From positions 160,001 to 224,000 of the forward strand of contig JBHYGA010000006.1 in the NCBI GenBank assembly GCA_051859245.1: DNA of 64,000 nucleotides. The letters run 5' to 3'. Shown here piece by piece: positions 9,873-19,658 of the stretch; position 1 is the first letter of the stretch; each line of letters starts with the position of its first letter. Under the pieces are notes generated by a model. It saw nothing but the letters and a program-made list of their open reading frames with translations. It made no database searches and was not told the DNA's origin. Position numbers and translations under genes: made by a program. Source of the stretch: Gemmatimonadaceae bacterium. GTDB taxonomy: Bacteria; Gemmatimonadota; Gemmatimonadetes; Gemmatimonadales; Gemmatimonadaceae.

Positions 9873-10739
9873 GTGAACACGCCGTCGCGCGCGCAGAGTA
9901 TCGCAACGCCGCGACGGCGTGTTGTGCGTTCGCAGGTCATTGCCGTGATCACGGCCGTTGTCAGCGCCGCGTGCACCGCGCCCGAACGTGAGTCCGATAC
10001 CGACGCGCCCGCGCTCGACCTCGCACGCTTTACGATGGTCGACCTCACGCACGCGTACAACGCGCAAACAATTTTCTGGCCGACTGATACCAACCGTTTT
10101 GCACTGCGCGAACTTGCGCGTGGCAACACGCCTGGCGGCTGGTTCTATTCGTCCAATGCGTTCACCTCGCCGGAGCACGGCGGTACGCATCTCGATGCGC
10201 CCATTCACTTTCAGATTCAAGGGCGCACCAGCGAGTCAATTCCGCTGGAACAGCTGATCGCACCGGCGGTCGTGATCGATGTGAGCGCGAAGGCAGAAGC
10301 GAACGCCGACTACTTGCTCTCCATCGAAGACGTACAGGCCTTTGAACAGGAGCACGGCGTCATCGCCGCCGGAACGATGGTGCTGCTCCGCACAGGCTGG
10401 AGCAAACGGTGGCCCGATCGCCGCGGTTACCTTGGCGATGACACGCCTGGCGACGCGTCAAACCTGCACTTCCCCAGTTTCGGCGCGGACGCTGCTCGGC
10501 TGTTGGTCGACGAGCGCGGGGTGGCCGCGATCGGCGCCGACGTCGCGTCGATCGATGGCGGCCAGTCCAAGGATTTTCAGGTACATCGCATCGCCGCGCT
10601 GGCCAACGTGCCCGGATTCGAAAACCTGACCGGGCTCGAGGCACTACCTGCCCGGGGCGCATTCGTCATTGCGCTGCCCATGAAAATCGAAGGCGGTTCC
10701 GGCGGCCCGCTGCGCGCCGTGGCGCTCGTACCCAGGTAG
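9873..10739 (+). CDS. Cyclase-family (kynurenine formamidase KynB-like) metallohydrolase, predicted lipoprotein; start 9873 or 9924
   Basis: EHGGTHLDAPIHF metal motif, VDLTH, LLRTGW, ENLTGL, GGSGGPLRA; lipobox VSAAC. Confidence 0.85.
   Translation: MNTPSRAQSIATPRRRVVRSQVIAVITAVVSAACTAPERESDTDAPALDLARFTMVDLTHAYNAQTIFWPTDTNRFALRELARGNTPGGWFYSSNAFTSPEHGGTHLDAPIHFQIQGRTSESIPLEQLIAPAVVIDVSAKAEANADYLLSIEDVQAFEQEHGVIAAGTMVLLRTGWSKRWPDRRGYLGDDTPGDASNLHFPSFGADAARLLVDERGVAAIGADVASIDGGQSKDFQVHRIAALANVPGFENLTGLEALPARGAFVIALPMKIEGGSGGPLRAVALVPR
9876..9923 (+). terminator. Conserved 3' stem-loop, copy 2
   Basis: AACACGCCGTCGCG / CGCGACGGCGTGTT perfect 14-bp stem; compensatory A-T to G-C change relative to copy 1. 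Confidence 0.5.
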
Positions 10740-10805
10740 GCGCCCAACGCCGCTGGCGCGAAGGGCGTTGAATGGGTAGGCTCCGATACGCCTCGCCCTC
10801 CTCTC

Positions 10806-11507
10806 ATGACCCCTCGATTGACGGTGAAGTACTTCTCCCTGCGCGGCGTCTGGGCCGCTTCTCTGCTGATCGCTGCCGGTGCCTGCAGTGCCTCGCGCCC
10901 CGCTGCCAGCCCTGCCTCACGGCCCGCGGCCGACCCTGTTTCGCGCCCCGCTGCCAGCCCAGCTTCCAGCCCCGCCGCGGCGGAACACCACCACCACATG
11001 GAAGGCATGACGCCGGTCACCATTCCTGCGGGGGCGATGATTACCGAGGCGGACGTGCGCTTCATGCAGGGAATGATCGGGCACCACGCGCAGGCCGTGC
11101 ACATGACACGCATGGCGGCCGGTGCCGGTGCAAGTCCGCGTGTGCTCAAGCTCGCACAAAAAATCGATCTCTCGCAGGCCGGCGAGATTGTGCTGATGCA
11201 GGAGTGGTTAGCCGAGTACAAACAGCAGGTGCCCGATACGTCGTCATGGCGCGGCATGAGCATGCCTGGCATGCTCACCGCCGACGAGCTCGCCAACCTT
11301 GAGAAAGCACGTGGCGTGGAGTTTGACCGCCAGTTTCTCACGCTGATGATCAAACATCACGAGGGCGCCATCAAAATGGTCGCCGATTTGTTTGCAACAC
11401 CGCGCGCAGGTCAGGAAGTGGATGTGTCGGTGTTTGCCAATGATGTCGAAACAACACAGACCGCCGAGATCGGACTGATGTTGCAGATGCTCGCCGAGTT
11501 GCGCTAA
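10806..11507 (+). CDS. DUF305 (CopM-like, ferritin-like) lipoprotein
   Basis: ADVRFMQGMIGHHAQAV, Q..EI..M, FDRQFLTLMIKHHEGAIKM; lipobox AAGAC; HHHHM stretch. Confidence 0.88.
   Translation: MTPRLTVKYFSLRGVWAASLLIAAGACSASRPAASPASRPAADPVSRPAASPASSPAAAEHHHHMEGMTPVTIPAGAMITEADVRFMQGMIGHHAQAVHMTRMAAGAGASPRVLKLAQKIDLSQAGEIVLMQEWLAEYKQQVPDTSSWRGMSMPGMLTADELANLEKARGVEFDRQFLTLMIKHHEGAIKMVADLFATPRAGQEVDVSVFANDVETTQTAEIGLMLQMLAELR
10891..10980 (+). repeat. Intragenic 24-nt imperfect tandem repeat (SRPAASPA-type octapeptide, about 3.7 copies)
   Basis: SRPAASPA-SRPAADPV-SRPAASPA-SSPAA. Confidence 0.7.
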
Positions 11508-11552
11508 GCAACCGCGTCTTCCCACCACGCCCTTTACCTGGAGTCGCTCCTG

Positions 11553-13403
11553 ATGCGATCCGCCCATCTGGAAAATGTTCGTACGTTCTGTCGTTCGGCA
11601 TCAGCCGTTGCGTTGCTTGTCGCATCCGCAACGATCGGAATGAGCGCCACACGTGCTGATGCACAGACGTACCCAAGCGCGACTGATCCACGCAATGGAC
11701 TGAAGACTGGGTTGAACGACGCTGGCGTCGCGATCAAAGGCATGCGTCTCGTGTCCACGGCGCCCAAGGCGGCACCGTTCGATTCCATGCGCGGGCTCAC
11801 CTTTGTGAACTCCGATCTCGCGTTTAAAGGCAACCTGGTATATCAGGGAAACTTCGCCGGCTTCTCAATCTGGGACGTCAGCAATCCGGCAAAGCCTGCA
11901 CTGCTTTCGGTCGTGCCGTGCATCACGTCGCAGGGTGATCCGTCGATCTACGGCAACCTGCTCTTTGTCTCGGCGGAAGGCGGCGGTAATCGCAATGACT
12001 GTGCGAAAGGCGGCGTGACGAACCCGGCTGACCACATGGCCGGCGTGCGCATTTACGACGTGAGCAATCCGCGCGCACCGCGATTGGTCAAGAACGTGCA
12101 AACGTGCAAGGGCTCGCACACGCACACACTGGTGCCGAGCCCAACTGAAATGGGTGTGCTGTACATCTATGTGTCGGGTAGTCAGGGCGCGCGACCGGAG
12201 ACCGAACTTGCTGGTTGCAAGAATGGCGCGAATCCCGCAGACGAAACCAACTCACTGTTCCGTCTTGATGTCATCAAAGTGAATGTGGCACGTCCGCAGG
12301 ACGCAGAAGTTGTGACCGGCGCGCGCATCTTCACCGGATTGGGCCCTGCGCCAGCGCGCGGTGGACGCGCACGTGCGGCGCGACCAGTTGCGGGCGCAGA
12401 CAGCGCCGAAATGGCCGCGCTGATGGCCACGGGACCGCGCAACTGTCACGACGTCACCTCGTATCCCGAAATGGGATTGCTCGCCGGCGCCTGTGGCAGC
12501 TACGGATTGCTCGTGGACATTTCAGATCCCATGAAGCCACGCCGCCTCGATGCAGTGGCCGATACGAACTTCTCGCTCTGGCACACCGCGGTGTTCAGCA
12601 ACGATGGCAAGAAAGTCGTGTTCACCGACGAATGGGGCGGTGGCACCTCGCCGAACTGCCAGTCCATTCATCCGCTCGAGATGGGTGGCAATACCACGCT
12701 TGTCATTGGCGACGACAAGAAGCTCAAGCAGCACGCGTACTACAAGATTGCGTCGTCGCAGAGCCCGCAGGAAAACTGCGTGTCACACAATGGCTCGCTC
12801 ATTCCGGTGCCCGGACGCGACATCATGGTGCAGGGCTGGTATCAGGGCGGTGTGAACATCATTGACTTCACCGACCCTGACAAGCCGTTCGAAATCGGCT
12901 TCTTCGATCGCGGCGCGGTTGATGCACCGCCGGCTGGTGATGCGTCGGCGCCAAACAGCCGCGCGCGTGGCACGATTGCCGGTTCGTGGGGCGCGTACTG
13001 GTACAATGGTTATGTGTACTCTTCAGAAATGGCGCGTGGTCTCGACATTCTGGAAGTGCTGCCGAGCGATCAGTTGTCGGCCAACGAACTGGCCTCCGCT
13101 AAGCTGGTCATGATGAACGAGTTCAACCCGCAGAGTCAGCCGCGCATCACCTGGCCGGCCGCGTTCCCGGTGGTGCGTTCCTATCTTGATCAGCTGGTAC
13201 GCGGCAACGGACTTGCTGCCGCGCGCACCACCGCCATTGATCGGGCGCTGACTGCGGCAGAGCGCCAGACTGGCGCCGCGCGTCGTACCGCCCTCACCAC
13301 GCTCGCCGGCGCGGTAGACGCCGACGCGCGGAGTGCGAAGGACGCCGCACGCGTTCGTGCGATGGCGCAGGCGATTCGCGACCTCGCCGCCGCAGCGCGC
13401 TGA
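11553..13403 (+). CDS. LVIVD-repeat secreted protein (commonly paired with DUF305)
   Basis: Signal peptide; NSDLAF, SIWDVSNP, RIYDVSNP, GSHTHT, CHD, FTDEWGGG, CVSHNG, WYQGG. Confidence 0.8.
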   Translation: MRSAHLENVRTFCRSASAVALLVASATIGMSATRADAQTYPSATDPRNGLKTGLNDAGVAIKGMRLVSTAPKAAPFDSMRGLTFVNSDLAFKGNLVYQGNFAGFSIWDVSNPAKPALLSVVPCITSQGDPSIYGNLLFVSAEGGGNRNDCAKGGVTNPADHMAGVRIYDVSNPRAPRLVKNVQTCKGSHTHTLVPSPTEMGVLYIYVSGSQGARPETELAGCKNGANPADETNSLFRLDVIKVNVARPQDAEVVTGARIFTGLGPAPARGGRARAARPVAGADSAEMAALMATGPRNCHDVTSYPEMGLLAGACGSYGLLVDISDPMKPRRLDAVADTNFSLWHTAVFSNDGKKVVFTDEWGGGTSPNCQSIHPLEMGGNTTLVIGDDKKLKQHAYYKIASSQSPQENCVSHNGSLIPVPGRDIMVQGWYQGGVNIIDFTDPDKPFEIGFFDRGAVDAPPAGDASAPNSRARGTIAGSWGAYWYNGYVYSSEMARGLDILEVLPSDQLSANELASAKLVMMNEFNPQSQPRITWPAAFPVVRSYLDQLVRGNGLAAARTTAIDRALTAAERQTGAARRTALTTLAGAVDADARSAKDAARVRAMAQAIRDLAAAAR

Positions 13404-13406
13404 TTA

Positions 13407-14900
13407 TCAGCTGACACGTCGCGGAGCCGGCCGATCGCCCGGCTCCGCGCGCAACACCGCATCAATCTTTCGGCCTTCGCGTGCGACGGCTTCCGGTAAA
13501 GCGTCCACGTCGAAGGCTTCTGTATTGAAGTTCACAATGCACGCGCGCAACAAATACCGACCGTCGAGCACCGCGTTCGAGAAAAAGAACTCGCCCGCCT
13601 GCTGCACGCGCTCAAGCAGCGCCTCGTTCAGCGTATTGAGGTATCGCGCGACTTCGGCGGTATGCACCGCGCCGCGCAGATCATCCGGCACGAACCGAAA
13701 TGTGGTGATGCTCAGCGACTGTGTGCACGCTTCAAACTCCGGGTGCTCAGCCAGCGTTCGGAAGAGACGTTCGCTCAGCAGCATGTCGTCGTGAATCATG
13801 CGTTCGTAGCCACGCCGTCCAACTTGCTGCAGTGCGAGCCATAACTTCAGCGCCCGAAATCCGCGTGAGTTCTGCGGGCCGAGATCGAAGTAGTTGATCG
13901 CTTCCTGTCCGAAGTGATAGTACGGCGGATGATACGCGAACGCGTCACGCAGTCGCGAGGCGTCTCGCACCAGCAGACAACCTGCTTCCAGCGGTGCGTA
14001 CATCCACTTGTGCGGATCCACGGCGAGCGAATCAGCGCGACCCAGCGCCGCGAGATCGGCCGATACGCCGTCTACACACGCGGCGAGCGCACCGTAGGCG
14101 CCGTCCACGTGCAGCCAGACACCCAACTCTTCGCAAACGTTGGCGATCTCCCGAATGGGATCAATGGCTCCGCTGCTGACCGTGCCAGCGGTTGCAATCA
14201 CCATCATCGGCACGTGACCTTGCGCTCGATCCTCCAGAATCGCTTCACGCAGCAGGGCCGGATTCAAACGATACGTACTGTCTGTTGGAATCCAGTGAAT
14301 CGCGTTGGTGCCAAGTCCCGAGAGATCAGTTGCCTTGTGTAACCAGGTGTGGGTTTCCGCCGACGCGTACACACGCATTGCCGGCACGCCAGTCGCACCA
14401 ACGCCTTGGGTGCGAATATCCCATGGCGCGGCTGCGGCACGTGCGGCCCACAGGCCCACGATATTGGCCATGTTGCCACCACTCACAAGCAATCCGCCGC
14501 CGTTGACGGGGTAGCCCACCAGCTCGGCGATCCAGCGCACCGTCTGCGCCTCGATCTCAGTAGCCATGGGCGCCAGACGCCACGCGCCAACGTTGGCATT
14601 GACCACCGATGCCAACATGTCGGCCAGCATGCCAATCGGCGCAGGCGATGCGGTGATGTAACCCCAGAACCGCGGATGCCCGTTCAGCAACGAATGATCG
14701 AACAGCAATCGTGTGGTGTCGTCGAGCAGTGCGCTCGCGTCGCGTCCAAAGACGGGCAATGTATTCGACGCACCTAACGTGGCCTGCACTTCATGTGGCG
14801 ACTCGCCCGGTGTCACCGGGCGTTCGCGAACGCCGTCGAGAAAGTCTGCGGCCGCGTTGACCAGCGCCAGTCCCGCCGCTCGGAACTCCTGAGGCGACAT
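13407..14900 (-). CDS. Group II PLP-dependent decarboxylase (aromatic-L-amino-acid decarboxylase family); ORF is open to 15026
   Basis: HPRFWGY, SGGNMAN, ATAGTV..GAID, WLHVDGAYG, DPHKW PLP lysine, SRGFRALKLW. Confidence 0.9.
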   Translation of the reverse strand: MSPQEFRAAGLALVNAAADFLDGVRERPVTPGESPHEVQATLGASNTLPVFGRDASALLDDTTRLLFDHSLLNGHPRFWGYITASPAPIGMLADMLASVVNANVGAWRLAPMATEIEAQTVRWIAELVGYPVNGGGLLVSGGNMANIVGLWAARAAAAPWDIRTQGVGATGVPAMRVYASAETHTWLHKATDLSGLGTNAIHWIPTDSTYRLNPALLREAILEDRAQGHVPMMVIATAGTVSSGAIDPIREIANVCEELGVWLHVDGAYGALAACVDGVSADLAALGRADSLAVDPHKWMYAPLEAGCLLVRDASRLRDAFAYHPPYYHFGQEAINYFDLGPQNSRGFRALKLWLALQQVGRRGYERMIHDDMLLSERLFRTLAEHPEFEACTQSLSITTFRFVPDDLRGAVHTAEVARYLNTLNEALLERVQQAGEFFFSNAVLDGRYLLRACIVNFNTEAFDVDALPEAVAREGRKIDAVLRAEPGDRPAPRRVS

Positions 14901-15168
14901 GCGCAGCGGCGCTGCACGGAGCGGCGCTTCACGCACTGGCGCTTCTCGCAACAACGAGAAAGGATGTTCTCCGAGCGTTCCGTGGCTCGAGGTGGTATCG
15001 GCGACGTTCGCGTGCGAAACGGGCATGTAGCACTCCGGCAGATTGACGTGGGTCCTCGTGCCCTAACATGCGCGAAAGGTGCGCGACAGGCGACATGTCT
15101 TGCCGGGGATCTACCCGTGCTGCCGTCGCGCGTGTGCGACCGCAGCACGGGTCCGAATGACTGCTGGT

Positions 15169-17232
15169 CTAGAACACGTTCAGGATGTGCAGATCGTCTG
15201 ACTCGATTCCGTTTCGCCGATCGGCTCGTACCCGCGACTGCTTCGCTACCGTACGACCACCGCCTGCGCGTGTGGCACTGCCAGCCCGCGAGTTCTCTGC
15301 GGTGGTCCGGAAGGTGCTGACCAGCGAGGTGAGGGTCATGGCCTGGCCCGCCAGCTCCTCGGCCGCTGCGGCGGATTCTTCCGCGTTTGCCGCCGATTGT
15401 TGCGTTACCTGGTTCAGCTGTTCAACGGCCGTGTTGATCTGTCGCACGCCTTCCTGCTGTTGTTCGCTGCCTGCGGCGATATCACTTACCACCCCGGACA
15501 CACGCGAGACATCCTGACCAATCTCGCCGAGACGCTGCGAGACTTCGGCGTTGAGTGTCGCGCCTTCACGCGCATTGTTCACCGCTGACTCGATCAACGC
15601 CGCGGTATTCTTTGCGGCGTCAGCGCTGCGAATCGCCAGCGCGCGGACTTCTTCGGCGACCACGGCAAAGCCGCGACCTGCATCGCCCGCGCGTGCTGCC
15701 TCAACGGCGGCGTTCAACGCGAGCAGGTTTGTCTGGAACGCGATCTCATCGATCGTCTTCACAATGCGCGCGGTTTCGTCACTCGATTTGTTAATCGCGT
15801 CGATAGCACGGGACAGCTTGCTCATTGATTCCTGTCCTCGACCGACACGCTCACGGGCCTCGTCAGCAACGCCGCGCGCTTCACGCGAGCTCGATGCAGC
15901 CTGTGTTGACATGGACAACATTTCCTGAAGGCTGCCAGCGACTTCTTCCAGTGACGCACCCTGCTCAGACGTACCCTGCGCCAATGCTTGGCTGCCACTG
16001 GCAATCTGCTCGCCAGCCGACGCCACTTGTTCCGCGGCGCGGTTCACCTGTTGCATCGCATCATCAAGTGTCGCGGCGGCCTCGTTGACCGCGAGCTTGA
16101 TTCGCTCGAAGTCGCCGCGATACTCGCCAGTCATGCGCGCCGTCAAATCACGCGCTGCAAGTTTACCCAGAACGCGTGACGTTTCATCCACCGGCGTCGC
16201 CATGGCATCCACCAGTGCATTCACCGACTGCACGAGCTCCCGGTACGAACCGTGATATCGCGCGAGATCGCCGCGCACAGAGAGATTGCCGTCCTGGGCT
16301 GCGGACACGAGCGTGTTGGTATCAGTAATCAGCGCCTGCACGGTCCGGCGCAAGGCGATGAAGGCGTGACCCAACGCATCCTGTTCGCTACGTGCGGTCA
16401 CTTGTATCGTGAGATCACCGTTGGTGATGGATGTGGCGGCCGATGCCAAGTCACGCTGCGCGGCGATCATGTCTTGCATGGCGTCGCCGAGCTGCCCCAA
16501 CTCATCGCGCTGGGCGATCTCGATGCGCTGATCAACATGTCCGAGCGCGAGGGAGCGCGCCGTGGTGGTCAGCTGCGCAAGCGCGCCGGTAATCGGGCGG
16601 CTAATCACAACTCCGACGAAGATGCTGAGCAGACACGAGACAACAAGCAGCCCCGTGAGTGTCAGCACAGAGGACTTTACGCGCGCATTTGATTCAGCGA
16701 CGGACGTTTGCATGAGTTCGATCTTCGAGTCTCGCAGTGCATCCATGAGCGCGTCAATCGAATCCGCCTGCACGCGGATGGTGGGCAGCTGAAGCTGTCC
16801 TGCTTCACTCTGACCCTCCAACGCGAGCGCGACAATCGCATCCTGTTGCGGACGAAGGCGCGAATACATCGCGAGCAAAGTGGATGCGTCATCCTGCTGC
16901 TCTTTTCGGACGAGCTGCGACTGGTAGCCAGCAAAATTGGCACGAAAACTCGAGTCGTATTTCACGATATCTGCCTGTCGTTTCTGCACGGCTTCACGCG
17001 TGTCATCAAGCAACGCGTTGCGTACCGCACGGGACATGCTGATCAGCTGCACGTTGGATTCCATCAGTGCGAGAGCAGGTGTCGCATGCTTCACGTACAG
17101 GTCTTTCATCTGTGTATCGATGCTGCGCGCTGTTGTCATTCCCACGCCGCCGACTGCGAGCATCAACACCATCAGCACACCAAAGCCCAGTGCCAGTTTC
17201 CGGCCAATTGCCAGGTCTGCGAACCACTTCAT
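15169..17232 (-). CDS. Methyl-accepting chemotaxis protein (4HB-type sensor)
   Basis: [13 protein letters not shown]1, second TM, HAMP (RDELGQL), signalling tip [23 protein letters not shown]. Confidence 0.95.
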   Translation of the reverse strand: MKWFADLAIGRKLALGFGVLMVLMLAVGGVGMTTARSIDTQMKDLYVKHATPALALMESNVQLISMSRAVRNALLDDTREAVQKRQADIVKYDSSFRANFAGYQSQLVRKEQQDDASTLLAMYSRLRPQQDAIVALALEGQSEAGQLQLPTIRVQADSIDALMDALRDSKIELMQTSVAESNARVKSSVLTLTGLLVVSCLLSIFVGVVISRPITGALAQLTTTARSLALGHVDQRIEIAQRDELGQLGDAMQDMIAAQRDLASAATSITNGDLTIQVTARSEQDALGHAFIALRRTVQALITDTNTLVSAAQDGNLSVRGDLARYHGSYRELVQSVNALVDAMATPVDETSRVLGKLAARDLTARMTGEYRGDFERIKLAVNEAAATLDDAMQQVNRAAEQVASAGEQIASGSQALAQGTSEQGASLEEVAGSLQEMLSMSTQAASSSREARGVADEARERVGRGQESMSKLSRAIDAINKSSDETARIVKTIDEIAFQTNLLALNAAVEAARAGDAGRGFAVVAEEVRALAIRSADAAKNTAALIESAVNNAREGATLNAEVSQRLGEIGQDVSRVSGVVSDIAAGSEQQQEGVRQINTAVEQLNQVTQQSAANAEESAAAAEELAGQAMTLTSLVSTFRTTAENSRAGSATRAGGGRTVAKQSRVRADRRNGIESDDLHILNVF

Positions 17233-17305
17233 GCATTCTCCGTCGTCGCCGCGCGACGTGTATTGTAGGGCAGTACGGGCACCTCGTGCGGTACCATGCC
17301 TACAA

Positions 17306-17333
17306 GTGTCGACCGACGGAACGCTTTACTTAG
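17306..17333 (-). promoter_or_regulatory. Possible sigma28-type promoter for the second MCP
   Basis: Minus strand CTAAG-N15-GTCGACAC; weak match with the same spacing as 4959-4986. Confidence 0.3.
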
Positions 17334-17501
17334 CAACGCGACCCAAAAGCTTTTGAGAGATAAAGCGCTGTAAGGCAATCCCGTGCAAGCAAGCCGGGTT
17401 AACGCCGACATATCTGATCGGCGACGTGAAACGCACAGTGTGTGGCCAGGCGTTTCACGTCCCCGAATCACTTTCGCGTCAGTGCACTTGGCGAGCGGCC
17501 A

Positions 17502-17972
17502 CTATTTCGAGAGCGTTCCGGAATATGAAAGCGTAGCCGTAGGCGGTGTGGCGCCAAAATTTGCGTTGCCCGACAACGTCCCAGATCCTGCGTACGCTGT
17601 ATACTTGCCGGTGGCAGATTCCACACTCCATGTGCCGGCCAGCGCGGCTGCGGTTGGGCTTGAAAACGTCAGCGTTGCAGCGCCCTTGACCACGATTGCT
17701 CCATCACGCCCTTGCATGCGTCGCACAAAAGTGACTGGAACAGGCGACTTGTCGAGCGGCCCACCAAAAATCAGCTCTTCGGAGGTTGCCCCTTCGTCTG
17801 CCAGCGCACCCGTCATCTGAAAGGTGCCGGCGCTCGTAGTTTGCCCGGTCAAGGCTTGCTGCACCGCAATGGTTACCGCGCCGCCGGCCGCGCTCTCGGA
17901 AGGTGAACCGTTGCACGCCGCAAGTGAAAAAATGGCCAACGGTATTGACGCAAACTTCAGGGAATATTTCAT
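17502..17972 (-). CDS. Hypothetical beta-rich lipoprotein
   Basis: MKYSLKFASIPLAIFSLAAC lipobox; GTWSVESATGKY..YAGSG pattern reminiscent of dirigent/allene-oxide-cyclase-like barrels. Confidence 0.7.
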   Translation of the reverse strand: MKYSLKFASIPLAIFSLAACNGSPSESAAGGAVTIAVQQALTGQTTSAGTFQMTGALADEGATSEELIFGGPLDKSPVPVTFVRRMQGRDGAIVVKGAATLTFSSPTAAALAGTWSVESATGKYTAYAGSGTLSGNANFGATPPTATLSYSGTLSK

Positions 17973-18098
17973 GATGAGACTCCGGTCAACGTAAACAGCG
18001 CACTCCGTCAGAAGTGACGTGACGCTTGCCGGAGAATCGGTGTATCGCCGGGTGGTGCGCACCACTCACCCCGGGTGGTGGGGCGGGTGGCAGAGTCG

Positions 18099-19658
18099 CT
18101 AGCGCACTTGCAAGAGCCAGCCCTCAACCGCGCCAACTTCGCCAGGCTCGGCCGCCGCAATTTGCGGGGTGACCGCGAGCTGCTCGCCATTGAGAATGTC
18201 GTGCAACGTGGTAGACAGTACCACGTGACCAGCCGCATGTCCGTGCACGAGCTGCGCGATTACGGCACGTGCAGCGCCAAGCGGTTGGCCCTCCGCCACC
18301 GTGCATTCGCCCACATGCAGCGCGATCACACCGCATCGTCCGCGCCCTGCCAACGCCAGCGCCCTCGCACACGCGAGAGCGCGATGCGAACTATCAAAGA
18401 GCACCGTCCAGCCAGATTCTGACTCGCGCAGGTGTTTTGCGTTGTGTGCGTTGAGTACGGCGTGCTTCTCGTCGGAGAGCGAAGAGCCCGATCCGCTCAT
18501 GTGCAACATGATTGCCAACCAGGTTTCGGCAACCGGCTCCATTTCTGGTGCGCGCAGAAACGGAAGGATGGCGTTCAGCAGTAGCTCGCTATCAACAAAG
18601 TAGATGTGGTCTTCACCCGGAATCTCAACCAATCGTGCGTTCGGAAGTTTTCGCGCGAGATAACGTCCAGCCTCAACAGGCACGATACGATCGCCAATTT
18701 TGTGCACGATCAGTGCGCGAGTTCGCACGTCTGGCAAAATCGCCCGGACGTCAACGCGCGACGCAGACTCAATCACCGCGCGAATGGAGGACGGGCTCGA
18801 CGCCGAACGCAGCGCGCGTCCCCACCATTGTCGGAACGCGGGATCATGCTCCCGGAGCGGTGCAAATCGATCAATCGCGCTTGGCTCGCCCCAATGTTTG
18901 CGCCAGTTCTCAATCGATGCATTGAGCATCGCCATCGGCTGTGACCACGAAGGTTCCATGCCAAAGCGCGCCACGCGCGCAGTCGCGCCAATCAGCACCA
19001 GTGCACTGGTACGCGTGGCGTGCATGGACGCGAAAAGAATGGCCGCTGCTCCGCCCTCCGAGGTACCCATGATCACCGCGCGCTGTACCGCGACGGCATC
19101 AAGCACGGCCCGCATATCGGAAATCGTATCTTCGACCGTTGGAGCGCCCGTGCTGCGGTCCGAAAGCCCTGTGCCCCGCTTGTCGAAAATTATGACCCGC
19201 GCGTGCCTGCCAAGTGACTCAAAGAATGACACGTACTCCGGCTGATCGTGCGCAACTTCAAGATGTGACAGAAAGCCATGTACAAAGAGCACATCAACAG
19301 GACCCGATCCTACGACCTGATAGGCAATGGTACAGCCGTCATTCTCGACAAAGCAGATCGGCGACCATACAATCGGAGACGTGTCGTCTGCGCGGTAGCG
19401 ATCCAGCAGCCCACGCTCTCGCGCGCGTGCGACAGCGGACTTGCGATCAGATACGTGCAGTCGATCGAAGATCCGTTTGTTGTACCAACGCACCGTCTCA
19501 AGCGCGATGCCGAGCTGCTCACCGATCTCGCGATTGTTGCGACCGTCGGCAAGACCGCGCAGGATGTCGAGCTCGCGTGCCGACCACTCGGGAGCCATCT
19601 CAGCGTGCACGAAGAACTCCGGCGAACGGGGGTGTATCGGGAGGCCTAAGTCTGCCAC
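18099..19658 (-). CDS. LuxR-HTH, alpha/beta-hydrolase and degenerate class III cyclase-like fusion protein; start 19658 or 19598
   Basis: SARELDILRGLADGRNNREIGEQLGIALETVRWY HTH; IAYQVVGSGP, FDKRGTGLSDR, GTSEGG nucleophile elbow, EDH; C-terminal ALHVGEC..VVLSTT. Confidence 0.85.
   Translation of the reverse strand: MADLGLPIHPRSPEFFVHAEMAPEWSARELDILRGLADGRNNREIGEQLGIALETVRWYNKRIFDRLHVSDRKSAVARARERGLLDRYRADDTSPIVWSPICFVENDGCTIAYQVVGSGPVDVLFVHGFLSHLEVAHDQPEYVSFFESLGRHARVIIFDKRGTGLSDRSTGAPTVEDTISDMRAVLDAVAVQRAVIMGTSEGGAAAILFASMHATRTSALVLIGATARVARFGMEPSWSQPMAMLNASIENWRKHWGEPSAIDRFAPLREHDPAFRQWWGRALRSASSPSSIRAVIESASRVDVRAILPDVRTRALIVHKIGDRIVPVEAGRYLARKLPNARLVEIPGEDHIYFVDSELLLNAILPFLRAPEMEPVAETWLAIMLHMSGSGSSLSDEKHAVLNAHNAKHLRESESGWTVLFDSSHRALACARALALAGRGRCGVIALHVGECTVAEGQPLGAARAVIAQLVHGHAAGHVVLSTTLHDILNGEQLAVTPQIAAAEPGEVGAVEGWLLQVR

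Larger units (their letters stand above)
9197..9929 (+). repeat. Tandem duplication, two copies (about 9197-9545 and 9579-9929, period about 382 bp) of promoter, microgene and hairpin
   Basis: Both copies align from CTCTTGC through GAGGTCGCGTATGAAAAAGTTCGCTGCTGCAGTTGCTG to CCGCTGATTTTCTC and GCGACGGCGTGT. Confidence 0.92.

Noticed and set aside
14901..14950. 15-nt repeats (LREAP-VREAP-LRAAP) before the decarboxylase core
   Set aside because: Short low-complexity repeat in an uncertain N-terminal extension; no function can be supported
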